Shown: positions 1 through 9,178 of the stretch, piece after piece
Layout of the letters: every line of letters begins with the position of its first letter
Numbering within the stretch: the first letter of the stretch is position 1
Notes under the pieces: model-generated
What the model saw: the letters and a program-made list of their open reading frames with translations, nothing else
The model's database searches: none
Told to the model about the DNA's origin: nothing
IMG/VR virus record: IMGVR_UViG_3300028833_000055
Span: 302,446-363,334 of that record
DNA: 60,889 nucleotides
Strand: one strand, 5' to 3'
From: a virus
Taxonomy: Duplodnaviria; Heunggongvirae; Uroviricota; Caudoviricetes
Position numbers and translations under genes: made by a program

Positions 1-26
1 GTATTAATAAAATTATGGCAAAAATG

Positions 27-338
27 TTACTCTTCAAATTCCGGATATACCGTCTTCATTCCGAATGTGCAGTGACTCTGATGGTTCACGGCGTAGACTA
101 TGTGATATTCGTCAATCGTCAGTTCCGCTTTGTCGTCACCCGATTTCATATGAAAGATGAGGTTCGCCACGGCGTCGTGCATCGCATCCATACAGAAGGA
201 GTAGCTTACCAGCGACCTGATGAATCCGGATGAAATTGCATTGGCCGTTATGATTTCCGGATACTTCTGCAACGTATCCTTGTCCACGTTTATCGGGACA
301 CACATTTCTTTTTCTTTCAGAACCATATTCGCTTCCAT
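27..338 (-). CDS. hypothetical protein
   Basis: 103-aa ORF directly downstream of the promoter motif at 357. Confidence 0.7.
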   Translation of the reverse strand: MEANMVLKEKEMCVPINVDKDTLQKYPEIITANAISSGFIRSLVSYSFCMDAMHDAVANLIFHMKSGDDKAELTIDEYHIVYAVNHQSHCTFGMKTVYPEFEE

Positions 339-350
339 ATCCTTTTCCGT

Positions 351-381
351 TTTTTACAAAGATACTATTTATTTTCGAAAG
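351..381 (-). promoter_or_regulatory. Bacteroidota-type phage promoter (-7 TATCTTTG in TTTCGAAAATAAATAGTATCTTTGTAAAA)
   Basis: Matches TAnnTTTG; recurs ~15x ahead of minus-strand genes. Confidence 0.75.
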
Positions 382-562
382 ATTTCATCTTTTTTCCGTT
401 TATTTCCTTGAACTGCTCGTCCTTCCATACCGCCATCTTCATCAACGCATCCTCGATTTGCTTCCGCTGGGATATTCCGTTACAGCCGAAGTGGTCCCGA
501 TGCATTACTTCTTCAGACAGTTTCTGTGCCATCTCCTTGTTCGTCATTTCTATGCTTTCCAT
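365..562 (-). CDS. hypothetical protein
   Basis: 65-aa ORF in the tiled minus-strand run. Confidence 0.6.
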   Translation of the reverse strand: MESIEMTNKEMAQKLSEEVMHRDHFGCNGISQRKQIEDALMKMAVWKDEQFKEINGKKMKSFENK

Positions 563-563
563 T

Positions 564-887
564 TCAGTTCTTCTTTGGTGTTTCCTTGATTTCTTTCTTC
601 TTTACTTCTGCATTCAATATTGCACGTGCCGATGCTGTGTAGATATCCTTGAGTTTCTTCATCTTGGCTATGTTGTCAACCAGTCCGTCGAAGACAGCCT
701 TGGAAATCTTTATGGGTCTCACCCACGAAGGGAAGATTGCCCTCACCGGTTCACCGTTCTGGTCATATCCGACTCCGGTCTTGTTACACCACCAGCACTC
801 CGGTCCTTCCTGGTTGTCTTTTCGAAAATAACCCTCGAAGACCACAACTTGAATACATCCGACTATGAGGTTATACTTCGAGTTCAT
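564..887 (-). CDS. hypothetical protein
   Basis: 107-aa ORF, 4-nt overlap with neighbour. Confidence 0.7.
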   Translation of the reverse strand: MNSKYNLIVGCIQVVVFEGYFRKDNQEGPECWWCNKTGVGYDQNGEPVRAIFPSWVRPIKISKAVFDGLVDNIAKMKKLKDIYTASARAILNAEVKKKEIKETPKKN

Positions 888-1216
888 TTCTTGTCGTCAA
901 TCAAGGATACCGTAACTTCCTTTACTTCACACTTCATATCATGTGAGATGAACATCCTGGATTCCGCTCCACGGCGTGTGCTGAACAGGAAAGCTTTTTC
1001 GAAGCCTTCCTCCCATCCGTGTGCCGATGAGGTCGACTGGTTCTTCCAGTAGAACTTGCCGTCTTCCCGCTGCAACACGTACATCGTCCTGGTGAGTATC
1101 CTCTTGGAGAGTTCCTTCTCGTAGGATTTCAAGATTTCGTCACCGTCCATAAACGGTCCGGAAGCAAACTTGACGAACTCTACGAACTTCTTTATGTTTT
1201 CCCTTATTGTTGACAT
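884..1216 (-). CDS. hypothetical protein
   Basis: 110-aa ORF after promoter at 1236. Confidence 0.7.
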   Translation of the reverse strand: MSTIRENIKKFVEFVKFASGPFMDGDEILKSYEKELSKRILTRTMYVLQREDGKFYWKNQSTSSAHGWEEGFEKAFLFSTRRGAESRMFISHDMKCEVKEVTVSLIDDKK

Positions 1217-1231
1217 AACTGTTTCCCTTTC

Positions 1232-1260
1232 TTTACAAAGATACTATTTATTTTTCAAAA
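1232..1260 (-). promoter_or_regulatory. promoter (-7 TATCTTTG)
   Basis: Copy of recurring motif, core 1236-1243. Confidence 0.7.
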
Positions 1261-1283
1261 ACCATCAATATTTTAGTTTTTCG

Positions 1284-1302
1284 AAAGCGGGGTTTCCCCG
1301 CA
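1284..1302 (-). terminator. intrinsic terminator
   Basis: GCGGGG-AAA-CCCCGC followed by TTT right after the stop of 1305..1700. Confidence 0.55.
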
Positions 1303-1304
1303 GT

Positions 1305-1700
1305 TTACTTTTCTATCATTCCGTAGGCCATCATTTCACGGTAGTCCATAAAGGCTGCGTTCCTTTTCTGACACTCCTCGGGCAACGCCCTGAAAAATCC
1401 CGACTCTCTGGATATTCCCACAAGATGACCGGTCCTGTACGGGTTCTCGAAGTCGTCGGTCTTGTCTGCGTCGACACCTATTATGAAGAATGCACCCTTG
1501 TCTATGTACGACTGGCATTCCTCGCACGGTTTCTCGGTGAAACCGACCACCTGTCCGTTCATCTCGTTTATCCTACGGGCGTTCTTCTTGCTCGCCCTCT
1601 TTCCGATGAGGATTTCGCTTTCCGATTCAACTTCCTTGCCGCATATCGGGCATACTCTCTTTACAAGCGCTACTCCAAATCTCTCTGCCATAGTTTCCAT
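1305..1700 (-). CDS. hypothetical protein with CxxC...CxxC (possible Zn binding)
   Basis: CPIC and CEEC motifs. Confidence 0.7.
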   Translation of the reverse strand: METMAERFGVALVKRVCPICGKEVESESEILIGKRASKKNARRINEMNGQVVGFTEKPCEECQSYIDKGAFFIIGVDADKTDDFENPYRTGHLVGISRESGFFRALPEECQKRNAAFMDYREMMAYGMIEK

Positions 1701-1740
1701 TGTTCTGTTGTTTTAAGTTAAACTTCTTGTTATTTCTTAC

Positions 1741-1910
1741 ATTACAAAGGTAACACTTTCCAAAATATCCACCAAGGATTTTTTTAATTTTTTTCACAGT
1801 GGAAATCAAGCAGTTACAGAAAATTTGCAAAATTCTTCCGAAAACATCATAGAAAAACCGTCAGATTTCCGGCGATTTCTCCCGAATACGTGTTTTCGAA
1901 AAATTCCGAA
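1741..1910 (-). repeat. ~170-bp intergenic promoter module, copy 1
   Basis: Diverged duplicate of 4831-4995; includes TACCTTTG -7 element. Confidence 0.75.
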
Positions 1911-1924
1911 GAAATCTGAAACAC

Positions 1925-1958
1925 AAAAACAGACCGTGACGGGGAGTCACAGTCTGTC
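1925..1958 (-). terminator. intrinsic terminator
   Basis: Hairpin ACAGAC-GTGAC/GTCAC-GTCTGT plus T-run downstream of 2004..3029. Confidence 0.55.
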
Positions 1959-2003
1959 ACTTGTTTTAAAAAAAAATTTAATGATAATACAATTAAACGA
2001 ATT

Positions 2004-3029
2004 CTACCACCAAAGCGCCTCTAAGTTTTCACAGAAAAGCTTTATGCCTCTCTTGTGTTTTCTATCGAGTGAGGCACGTGCCCTCTTGGACAACCCGTAG
2101 TAGGATGAAAGCTTTTTCTTGTCGTCCTCATCCCACTCGTCATATGACATGACGGGTTCCAGGGTCTTTCTGTCGAATACCCAGTCGGCTATACAGAAGT
2201 ACCTGAATGACCACAGCATGCTTCGAAGCTCTTCATCCCACTGCTCCGGTGTCTTTCCTGTCGGGTATCCACCGTTTTCCTCTATGAAGACTTCGAGTCT
2301 CGGTACTATGAACTTCGCTATGGTTGAATCCAGGTTCCAGGTCTCGCTGTCGTCAAAACCACGTGTGAGACGCTGCAGCTTATAGGTAAGCTCCGTTTCC
2401 TCGTCGTTCGAATCGAATCCGAAGTAGATGGTCTTGTTGTTGGACATATCCTTTACATCCACACAACCTAACTCTTTGAGGCATCTGATTTTAAGTTTCA
2501 ACCTTCTCTTGTTTCGAAAATCTTCGTCCAAATCTGAACCGAGCGCCATCCCAGTCGTATCGTTGAAGTAAATCCCAAGCGCCTCATCGGATGCTGCATC
2601 GATTTCCTCCGGAGTGAACTTCCGCTTGTAGGCGGGAGTATCGTCGAAGGCTTCCGCCGACACACCGTGGAAAACGGTACCGTGCTTGGATACGTATTCC
2701 ATAAGCCTGTTGTAGTACCGGAGTTCCAGCTCGTCGTCTATCGTAAAGCTCCTGGTGTAAGTGCTGTCAGGCTCAGAGTCCTCGTCGAGCAGCTCTTCAA
2801 CCGGGATGAAATCCCGGAAAGTCTTCCTGTCCATCGGTTTCAGATACTTCACCTTGTACAGCGTGTCGACCCTGTAGGCGAAAGCCACCTTGTCGTCGCC
2901 GCATACCGCCATCTCGTCGGTCACCCGGACGACTTCGCCCGTATGGTCGCAGTCGACGGTACGGCCGTCTTCACCGGTACACAGATTATAGAACTGTCCC
3001 CTGGACAGATGTATCAGCCCTCTTTCCAT
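2004..3029 (-). CDS. hypothetical phage protein
   Basis: 341-aa acidic ORF. Confidence 0.8.
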   Translation of the reverse strand: MERGLIHLSRGQFYNLCTGEDGRTVDCDHTGEVVRVTDEMAVCGDDKVAFAYRVDTLYKVKYLKPMDRKTFRDFIPVEELLDEDSEPDSTYTRSFTIDDELELRYYNRLMEYVSKHGTVFHGVSAEAFDDTPAYKRKFTPEEIDAASDEALGIYFNDTTGMALGSDLDEDFRNKRRLKLKIRCLKELGCVDVKDMSNNKTIYFGFDSNDEETELTYKLQRLTRGFDDSETWNLDSTIAKFIVPRLEVFIEENGGYPTGKTPEQWDEELRSMLWSFRYFCIADWVFDRKTLEPVMSYDEWDEDDKKKLSSYYGLSKRARASLDRKHKRGIKLFCENLEALWW

Positions 3030-3298
3030 TACTCCTTCTTTTTACCGTTTCCGTTGAGATTCCAGTTCAGGCTCATACGGAAGATAAGCATCGTGACTAT
3101 GCTAAGCACCACCGTCTGCATGTAGCTGAGTTCCGGCAGCCCGAACAATCCGGGCATAAGCCAGTTCCAGAGCGGCCATACGACCAGTGCCGTCACAAAG
3201 CTGTAGATGCACGTGACTATGACGCCTATCACCATTATCACCAGTATCTGGAAAAGCTTTCCGAAGAAACCTCCTTCGTTATTGTAGTTGTAATGCAT
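3029..3298 (-). CDS. small membrane protein
   Basis: Two hydrophobic segments. Confidence 0.7.
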   Translation of the reverse strand: MHYNYNNEGGFFGKLFQILVIMVIGVIVTCIYSFVTALVVWPLWNWLMPGLFGLPELSYMQTVVLSIVTMLIFRMSLNWNLNGNGKKKE

Positions 3299-3313
3299 AT
3301 CCGTTCCGTTAAG

Positions 3314-3652
3314 CTACATTAATATGCAGGGTATGGTCACCTGCTCTTCGTTCTTCATTATGACATACACGTATTCGGAGTCACGCTGGAACTCGACTTC
3401 GTGTCCCTTGTACGAAAGAGCCGAACCCACGTTGCCCGGTTCAGAATCCAATGACACCATAAGCAGATAGTCGAGTTCCACCACCAGGTCCGCTTCGGTA
3501 CTTCTTTCAATCTTGTCCTCGCCCACCATCAGCTTGTAAATCCTGTCGATGAATGCCGAGTAGTCATACGGATTCCTGTTGGCTTCCTCGAGTCTCTTGA
3601 TTTCAAACTTGACACAATAGGCGGGTCTGTTGTTCTTGATATTAATCTCCAT
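3314..3652 (-). CDS. hypothetical protein
   Basis: 112-aa ORF after promoter core at 3686-3693. Confidence 0.7.
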   Translation of the reverse strand: MEINIKNNRPAYCVKFEIKRLEEANRNPYDYSAFIDRIYKLMVGEDKIERSTEADLVVELDYLLMVSLDSEPGNVGSALSYKGHEVEFQRDSEYVYVIMKNEEQVTIPCILM

Positions 3653-3713
3653 CTTTCTTCTCCTCTTTTCTTGAACCTTTTTTTACAAAGATACTATTTT
3701 ATTTTCGAAATAT

Positions 3714-3746
3714 GAAAAAAGGGGATAATTTTTTATCCCCCTTTTC
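3714..3746. terminator. intrinsic terminator (bidirectional-looking)
   Basis: AAAAAAGGGGATAA-TTTT-TTATCCCCTTTT palindrome after the sigma gene stop. Confidence 0.7.
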
Positions 3747-3748
3747 CG

Positions 3749-4660
3749 TTAGAGCGTCATTCCGGCGGCCGCCTTTTTCATCTTGTCCACCGCCTTCTTG
3801 ATGATGGCGTTGACGGTCGCCGGTGAAATTCCGAGAGTTTCCGCTATCATAGCGTTGTTGTATTCGTAGTCGTATCCGATGCCGAAGTTCATCTTCACAA
3901 CTCTCTTTTCCCTTTCGTCGAGTCTTCCGAGAACGGCCTCCAATATCTTCTGGCGGTCGGACTTCACGATGCCGTCATCCGAATTCATATGGCCGTCTAT
4001 CGTGTCGGCGATTGTATCCGAATGGTCTTCGTTTTCAGAATCCATAGGAGTGTCGAGCGATATGATATTCATATCGGAGAGCATCACCTCACGGATTTCC
4101 TTTTCAGTCACCTTCAGAGTGTTGCCCGACGTTGCGTTGACCGCCTGTGCGATTCTTTCCAAATCATACTTGAACTCTTCGTCCCCCTGATGTCTGGCGA
4201 TTGCAGAGCGAATCTTTGACGCTATGACTTCCGAGTCGTGGGTTCTTCTGACCATCCTGCCGTAGTTCTCGATTGCGTCCGTTATGTACTTGTTGATGTA
4301 CCACACTGCGTATGACGAGAACCTTGTGTTGTCGTGGTCACTCTCGCCCTTTACGTCTATCTTGTAGGCGTATCTTCTTGCCGCATCCATCACGCCCATA
4401 TTTCCGTACTGCACGAGGTCTGCAAATGACAGTCCCCTGTTGGCGTACTTCTTGGCCATCTTCACCACTATGAGGAGGTTGTGCTTTACGAACTTTTCGA
4501 AAGCCTTCTCATCGCCGAGAGCTATTCTCTTGGTGAGAGTCAATTCCTCTTCCCTGCTCAATGCCGGATACTTTCTGATTTCAGAGATGTAAACCTCCAC
4601 TTCACTCTTCTCGTCGAAGTTTATGATACCTTCGTTCAAATTAAACTTTGCTGTTCTCAT
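3749..4660 (-). CDS. RNA polymerase sigma-70 family factor (RpoD/SigB-like)
   Basis: Region 1.2 (YISEIRKYPALSREEE), region 2 (NLLIVVKMAKKY, DLVQYGNMG, RFSSYAVWYI), region 4 HTH (LDEREKRVVKMNFG...IAETLGIS). Confidence 0.92.
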   Translation of the reverse strand: MRTAKFNLNEGIINFDEKSEVEVYISEIRKYPALSREEELTLTKRIALGDEKAFEKFVKHNLLIVVKMAKKYANRGLSFADLVQYGNMGVMDAARRYAYKIDVKGESDHDNTRFSSYAVWYINKYITDAIENYGRMVRRTHDSEVIASKIRSAIARHQGDEEFKYDLERIAQAVNATSGNTLKVTEKEIREVMLSDMNIISLDTPMDSENEDHSDTIADTIDGHMNSDDGIVKSDRQKILEAVLGRLDEREKRVVKMNFGIGYDYEYNNAMIAETLGISPATVNAIIKKAVDKMKKAAAGMTL

Positions 4661-4678
4661 GACTGTAGTTTTTATAAG

Positions 4679-4807
4679 TTAAACAATTTCTATATATTCT
4701 ATCTCTACCGCTTCTACCTTTACACCCGCCGGAACTATTCTCATTCCGTTTCTCTGCATCCTCATTTCCTTGATGAGCCTTGCGATTCTGCTTACTAACT
4801 TTTTCAT
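4679..4807 (-). CDS. small hypothetical protein
   Basis: Start MKKLVS chosen because it lies downstream of the promoter at 4833. Confidence 0.5.
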   Translation of the reverse strand: MKKLVSRIARLIKEMRMQRNGMRIVPAGVKVEAVEIEYIEIV

Positions 4808-4830
4808 TTCCGTTATCTTTAATTGTTCAA

Positions 4831-4995
4831 TACAAAGATAAGGCATTCCAAAATACTGACCAAGGATTTTTTTAATTTTTTTCACAGTGAAAATCAAGCA
4901 CTTAACAGAAATTCGAAAATTTTTTTCAAAAAAATGTCCGAAAAAACCGTCAGATTTCTTCGTGTTTCTCCCGAAACCGTGTTTTCGAAAAAAAA
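4831..4995 (-). repeat. ~165-bp intergenic promoter module, copy 2 (upstream of sigma operon)
   Basis: Diverged duplicate of 1741-1910; TATCTTTG at 4833-4840. Confidence 0.75.
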
Positions 4996-5025
4996 ACCAC
5001 TCCGCTCAAAAACAGGCGGAGTGGG
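4990..5025 (-). terminator. intrinsic terminator
   Basis: CCACTCCGC/GCGGAGTGG stem followed by long T-run on minus strand. Confidence 0.65.
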
Positions 5026-5051
5026 AAATAATAATATGAAACACAGCAATT

Positions 5052-5444
5052 CTAATCCTTGCACTTTCCGATGAAAGGCATCTTACGGATGATGACAATC
5101 TTCAGACCCATAGACATCATAAATCCGTTGAGGTACTCGTCAAACATTATGGCTTCCGGAGTGTACTTACGGAGTCCCTCCACATCCATCCATACCACCG
5201 GTTTCGAAATATCCAGTCCGTATTTCTTTTTCTTCAGTTCCTCGTTCTTGTCCAAGTCAACCTTCGTTGCGTTGGAGAAGGTATGCTTGCACGCATCCAC
5301 GAAATCCGAAACGAAATCCTCGTTCCATTCACATCCGCCGTCACTCCACAGGGGCGATACCGCCCAGGCAGCGTTGGTCAGACATCTCTTGAAATAATCA
5401 AACGCTAAATCACCCATACTTATTATAATATTAATATATGTCAA
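5052..5444 (-). CDS. hypothetical protein
   Basis: 130-aa tiled ORF. Confidence 0.65.
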   Translation of the reverse strand: MTYINIIISMGDLAFDYFKRCLTNAAWAVSPLWSDGGCEWNEDFVSDFVDACKHTFSNATKVDLDKNEELKKKKYGLDISKPVVWMDVEGLRKYTPEAIMFDEYLNGFMMSMGLKIVIIRKMPFIGKCKD

Positions 5445-5835
5445 TATCCCATTTCACTCTTATCAGAACAACGTCCTCTTCGTTCTCGCTTCTGTTTGCA
5501 CACATTATCTTGTACACTCTACTGTTTATCCTTACTATGACTTCGAACGCATCCGACTTGTCGACACCATATCTCTCTTCGGTCCAGTTGACCAGTTCCT
5601 TCAAGGTCTTCATCGTAACCGTCGTGTCGTCAAAACCGTGTTCGGCGGACATCTCCACGAATGTGAAGACCTGGTTCATATAGTTCACGTCGAGTACGTT
5701 GAGTCCGCTAATGAAGCAAAAGTAGTTGGTGTGTCCGTCAAGTTCGATTCTCAACCTGGATTCCGGATTTTCCTCACACAGTTTCTTCAGCTCGTGCAGC
5801 GAGAAATATCTGTATTTGTTCTTGTCGTCACTCAT
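5431..5835 (-). CDS. hypothetical protein
   Basis: 134-aa tiled ORF. Confidence 0.7.
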   Translation of the reverse strand: MSDDKNKYRYFSLHELKKLCEENPESRLRIELDGHTNYFCFISGLNVLDVNYMNQVFTFVEMSAEHGFDDTTVTMKTLKELVNWTEERYGVDKSDAFEVIVRINSRVYKIMCANRSENEEDVVLIRVKWDIDIY

Positions 5836-6761
5836 ATCCTGTTAAGTTCATTGAAAGCATCAGCCATTTCCTTCGGGGTCAACCTGCGTCCGATTGTTAT
5901 CTTCCGCCCGCAGACCTTGGAGTCCTCATAGTTTACTTCATCACTCCGGTCCTCCAATATGACCTCGTGATACGCTGCATTTTCACCGTAGTAGTAACCA
6001 AAACAATCCAGTGGGTTCGTACAGGCATGAAAGCCGCACTCACACAACTTTGCGTTATCGCAGACGTAGGTTTTCCCCTCTTCGTACTGGAACCCACGGC
6101 AGGTCATATCGGAACGGAAGCCTTTATAGGCTTTATTGCCTTGTGGTTTACGCTTTACGCTCGTACCATCAAACGCATTGATATCAATTTCTTTCACCGA
6201 ATCGGGGATGACGACTGAAGTAAGGTTGCGGCAGCCGCAAAATGTGGAATCACCAATCTTCGTTACCGAGTTTCCTATTGTAACTGACGTAAGGTTAATG
6301 CAACCTCTGAATACCCACCATTCTATCTCTTTCACCGAATTTCCTATTGTAACCGACGTAAGGCTCGTACAATATTCAAACGCACAGAGACCAATCTTTT
6401 CCACCGAATCCGGTATCTTTATTGAGGTAAGGTTGCTGCAATCTTCAAATGCTTTATAACCAATTACCGTCACCGAATCGGGGATGACGATTGAAGTAAG
6501 TCCGTTGCAACTACAAAATGCATACGTGTCAATTTCTTTCACAGAATCGGGGATGACGATTGATGTAAGGGCGATGCAATTACAAAATGCCCTATCGCCA
6601 ATTTTCGTCACCGAATCGGGAATGATGACAGAGGTAAGACTGCTGCGACCATAAAATGCACAACTGCCAATTACCTTCACACCGTCCGGTATCACGGCAT
6701 CGCCACCATTACCTTTGTATTTGATGAGCACGCCGTCTTTTATTTCGAAGTCTTCTTTCAT
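5832..6761 (-). CDS. BspA/TpLRR-type leucine-rich repeat protein with C-terminal Cys/His phage domain
   Basis: ~8 23-aa repeats LTSxxIPDSVxxIGxxAFxxC; C-terminal YKGF..CRGFQY..GFHAC.NPLDCF. Confidence 0.9.
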   Translation of the reverse strand: MKEDFEIKDGVLIKYKGNGGDAVIPDGVKVIGSCAFYGRSSLTSVIIPDSVTKIGDRAFCNCIALTSIVIPDSVKEIDTYAFCSCNGLTSIVIPDSVTVIGYKAFEDCSNLTSIKIPDSVEKIGLCAFEYCTSLTSVTIGNSVKEIEWWVFRGCINLTSVTIGNSVTKIGDSTFCGCRNLTSVVIPDSVKEIDINAFDGTSVKRKPQGNKAYKGFRSDMTCRGFQYEEGKTYVCDNAKLCECGFHACTNPLDCFGYYYGENAAYHEVILEDRSDEVNYEDSKVCGRKITIGRRLTPKEMADAFNELNRI

Positions 6762-7291
6762 ATCCTTATCGTATCGTCTTTGTAAAATCTGTCCACTACG
6801 TTGTCTACGGCCGACTTGGCGGCTTTCGAAAATTTTTCGACCTCATCGGAACATATCTGGGACTGGAAACCGGCCAGTGTCTCAAGACTGAACTCGACGG
6901 AAATCCATCCGATACCGGTGTTACTCTCAATCTCCTCCCGCTCCGGTTTCCGGTACGCATACACCGTGAAGCGTCTGGCCGCATCGGCCAGCTTGAAGTA
7001 GACCTTCACCGAACATCCACGATAGTCGTGCTTGAAGAAAAGTGCAACCGGACCGTCGTAATTTATGCTTTCGAAAATTTTTCCGAAACCTATCCTTTCC
7101 ATAACACGCTCGTAGAGCAGACACTCTTCACGAAGCGAGCCGTGGTATGATGTCGACGTCGGGTCCAGCACGCTGTTCATGTCTTTCCATGCCAGTACGG
7201 CGAGTGTCGTCAATCCCACGGTGGCGATAACCGCTATCCCGATTTTTATCCACCCGAGTGTGTCGGGCATTATGAAAGTCAGAAGTTCCAT
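6758..7291 (-). CDS. membrane-anchored hypothetical protein
   Basis: N-terminal TM helix. Confidence 0.7.
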   Translation of the reverse strand: MELLTFIMPDTLGWIKIGIAVIATVGLTTLAVLAWKDMNSVLDPTSTSYHGSLREECLLYERVMERIGFGKIFESINYDGPVALFFKHDYRGCSVKVYFKLADAARRFTVYAYRKPEREEIESNTGIGWISVEFSLETLAGFQSQICSDEVEKFSKAAKSAVDNVVDRFYKDDTIRI

Positions 7292-7304
7292 CTTGGTCTT
7301 TTTT

Positions 7305-7608
7305 AAAAAAAGGGGGTATATGCACGACCCAGCTCTCCGGCCGCTACTTTCTTCACGGCAGCACGGTTTGCACTTCCCGCTCGCCTTCCCAGTATGCCGG
7401 TTACCCCTGCCGCATACTATGATTGGGTTCGGATTTGTTGTGGGTGCGTTAAGTTCCTTACGACTCCCGGTAATGCTGCACCGGTAACTATTCGATATGT
7501 CCCGACTGCACTCTTCTGCAAAATCGACACCTGCCGGTGCCGATGCGGGTTATCCACGCCCTCACCCCTTTTTGTGGATGAAGACCGTTTCACCGGACTT
7601 CACCCTGT
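7305..7608 (-). ncRNA. candidate structured ncRNA
   Basis: GC-rich gap with no minus-strand ORF; long-range AAAAAGGGGT/ACCCCTTTTT closure and internal hairpins. Confidence 0.35.
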
Positions 7609-7639
7609 CGTTAGTCAATAATAAAAAGAAGGATTATTC

Positions 7640-7876
7640 CTATTTGAACGGTATATTCTTCCGCCAGTCACGGCTACCATCGGTCTTCTTGATGACAATC
7701 CAGATTATCAGGAAGATTATTCCGAATGCCACAAGTACCAGCACCGGTATCCATATCGGTGAGAGAACCCACCACCATGACCAGTCGATTACGCCGCACA
7801 GTTTAAGTACTATGAACACTATTGCAAGTACTCCTGTAAAGCCGATTCCTCCCGAAACACTTTTCTCGTTACTCAT
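7640..7876 (-). CDS. small two-TM membrane protein
   Basis: FIVLKLCGVIDWSWWWVLSPIW, a common phage membrane-protein motif; promoter core at 7894-7901. Confidence 0.8.
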   Translation of the reverse strand: MSNEKSVSGGIGFTGVLAIVFIVLKLCGVIDWSWWWVLSPIWIPVLVLVAFGIIFLIIWIVIKKTDGSRDWRKNIPFK

Positions 7877-7927
7877 TGTATTTCTGTTTTTTACAAAGAT
7901 ACTATTCTTTTTCGAAAATATTCGGTT

Positions 7928-8371
7928 CTATGAAAGTTTCTTCATAACTATTTCTGACACTGTTCTGCCGTCCGCTGTCGGATAGGCGGACTTCACCATC
8001 TTGATGATTTGGCCCATATTCTTTTTCAGAGGTTCCACGCCGGATGAAATCACTCTGTCGACTTCATCCGAAATCTCTTCGACCGAAGCCTGCTTCGGAA
8101 GGAAGCCTTCTATGTATTCCGCCTCCCTTGTTTCCTTCAGCATGAGTTCCGGATTTACTCCTGTGTATATTCCGGCCGCCTCACGCCTCTGCTTCACCAT
8201 CCTGTTCAGTATGGATATTTCAACGCCATCATCCATAGGCTTGGATACCGCCTCCTTCGAGGTGTTGTATTTCTGCAATTCGGTCTTCACCATCCTCAGC
8301 ACACCTAATTCGAATTTCATATCGTTCTTCATTGCATCGGAGATGAGACTGTCTATCTTTTCCCTTATCAT
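7928..8371 (-). CDS. GatB/YqeY domain protein
   Basis: AMK..LRMVK..KQRREAA..Y..E...FLPKQ...MGQIIK...ADGRTVS pattern. Confidence 0.88.
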   Translation of the reverse strand: MIREKIDSLISDAMKNDMKFELGVLRMVKTELQKYNTSKEAVSKPMDDGVEISILNRMVKQRREAAGIYTGVNPELMLKETREAEYIEGFLPKQASVEEISDEVDRVISSGVEPLKKNMGQIIKMVKSAYPTADGRTVSEIVMKKLS

Positions 8372-8419
8372 CTTGCTGATTATTATGTGTTTATAATTTT
8401 TACTCTTCGTTTTCGAAAA

Positions 8420-9178
8420 TCAAATGAGATTTTCAAGGATGTATATGAACGCATTCTCATACGCTTCCTCCACCGTCCTTCCGGTACCGGAGTGTGTATT
8501 TATCCGTCCGGTCGAATCACTGTAGATGTTCCACAGATATCTGTTCTCGGTCCGAGTTGTGATATCCCTGGAGACTCCGACGAATATGTCGTGCATCTCG
8601 ATGAACCAGTCCTGTACGACACTGTACGGGATTAGCGGATAGCAGTTCACGTTTATACATCTCTCTTCGGCCTCGTTTCTGTCACATTCATCGTACCAGC
8701 TGTCAATCTTGTCGACGGGAAATCCCTTTTTTTCGAGCAGCTCCACTACGTCAAACGGTACGTATCCGTTCTTGGGTTTCCACTCCTTTCTCCTCGACGA
8801 CTCTATCATCTTCAGTGTGTCAAGAAGACCGGCACAGACTGCCTCCTCTTCCGTTTCGAATCCTTCCGGGTTCTCGTGTCTGACTATGTATCCGTCATCT
8901 TCGAACTTGTCCAGCTCGACTACATCCACCGTGTATTTCCAGTCGTCATCGAGGCTCTTCATATAACGCACCTCTATGAAATATCCGAATGTTTCCTTTA
9001 TCCACTGCTTCGCCTCGAATACGTTCGGAGTCGCTATTATGTTCTTCACCTCCGAGTTACGGATGGATGTACACGACACGGCGATGTCACCGTCCTTATG
9101 ATAGTAGAAGCTGCAGCTTTCATCAAACCCGAGGGTTCTCAGTGTTGTCGCTATCTTCTTAGTTACCGCTCTCATCAT
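8420..9178 (-). CDS. hypothetical phage protein (two related halves)
   Basis: 252-aa ORF; L..LGF...W...F.V pattern repeated. Confidence 0.75.
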   Translation of the reverse strand: MMRAVTKKIATTLRTLGFDESCSFYYHKDGDIAVSCTSIRNSEVKNIIATPNVFEAKQWIKETFGYFIEVRYMKSLDDDWKYTVDVVELDKFEDDGYIVRHENPEGFETEEEAVCAGLLDTLKMIESSRRKEWKPKNGYVPFDVVELLEKKGFPVDKIDSWYDECDRNEAEERCINVNCYPLIPYSVVQDWFIEMHDIFVGVSRDITTRTENRYLWNIYSDSTGRINTHSGTGRTVEEAYENAFIYILENLI

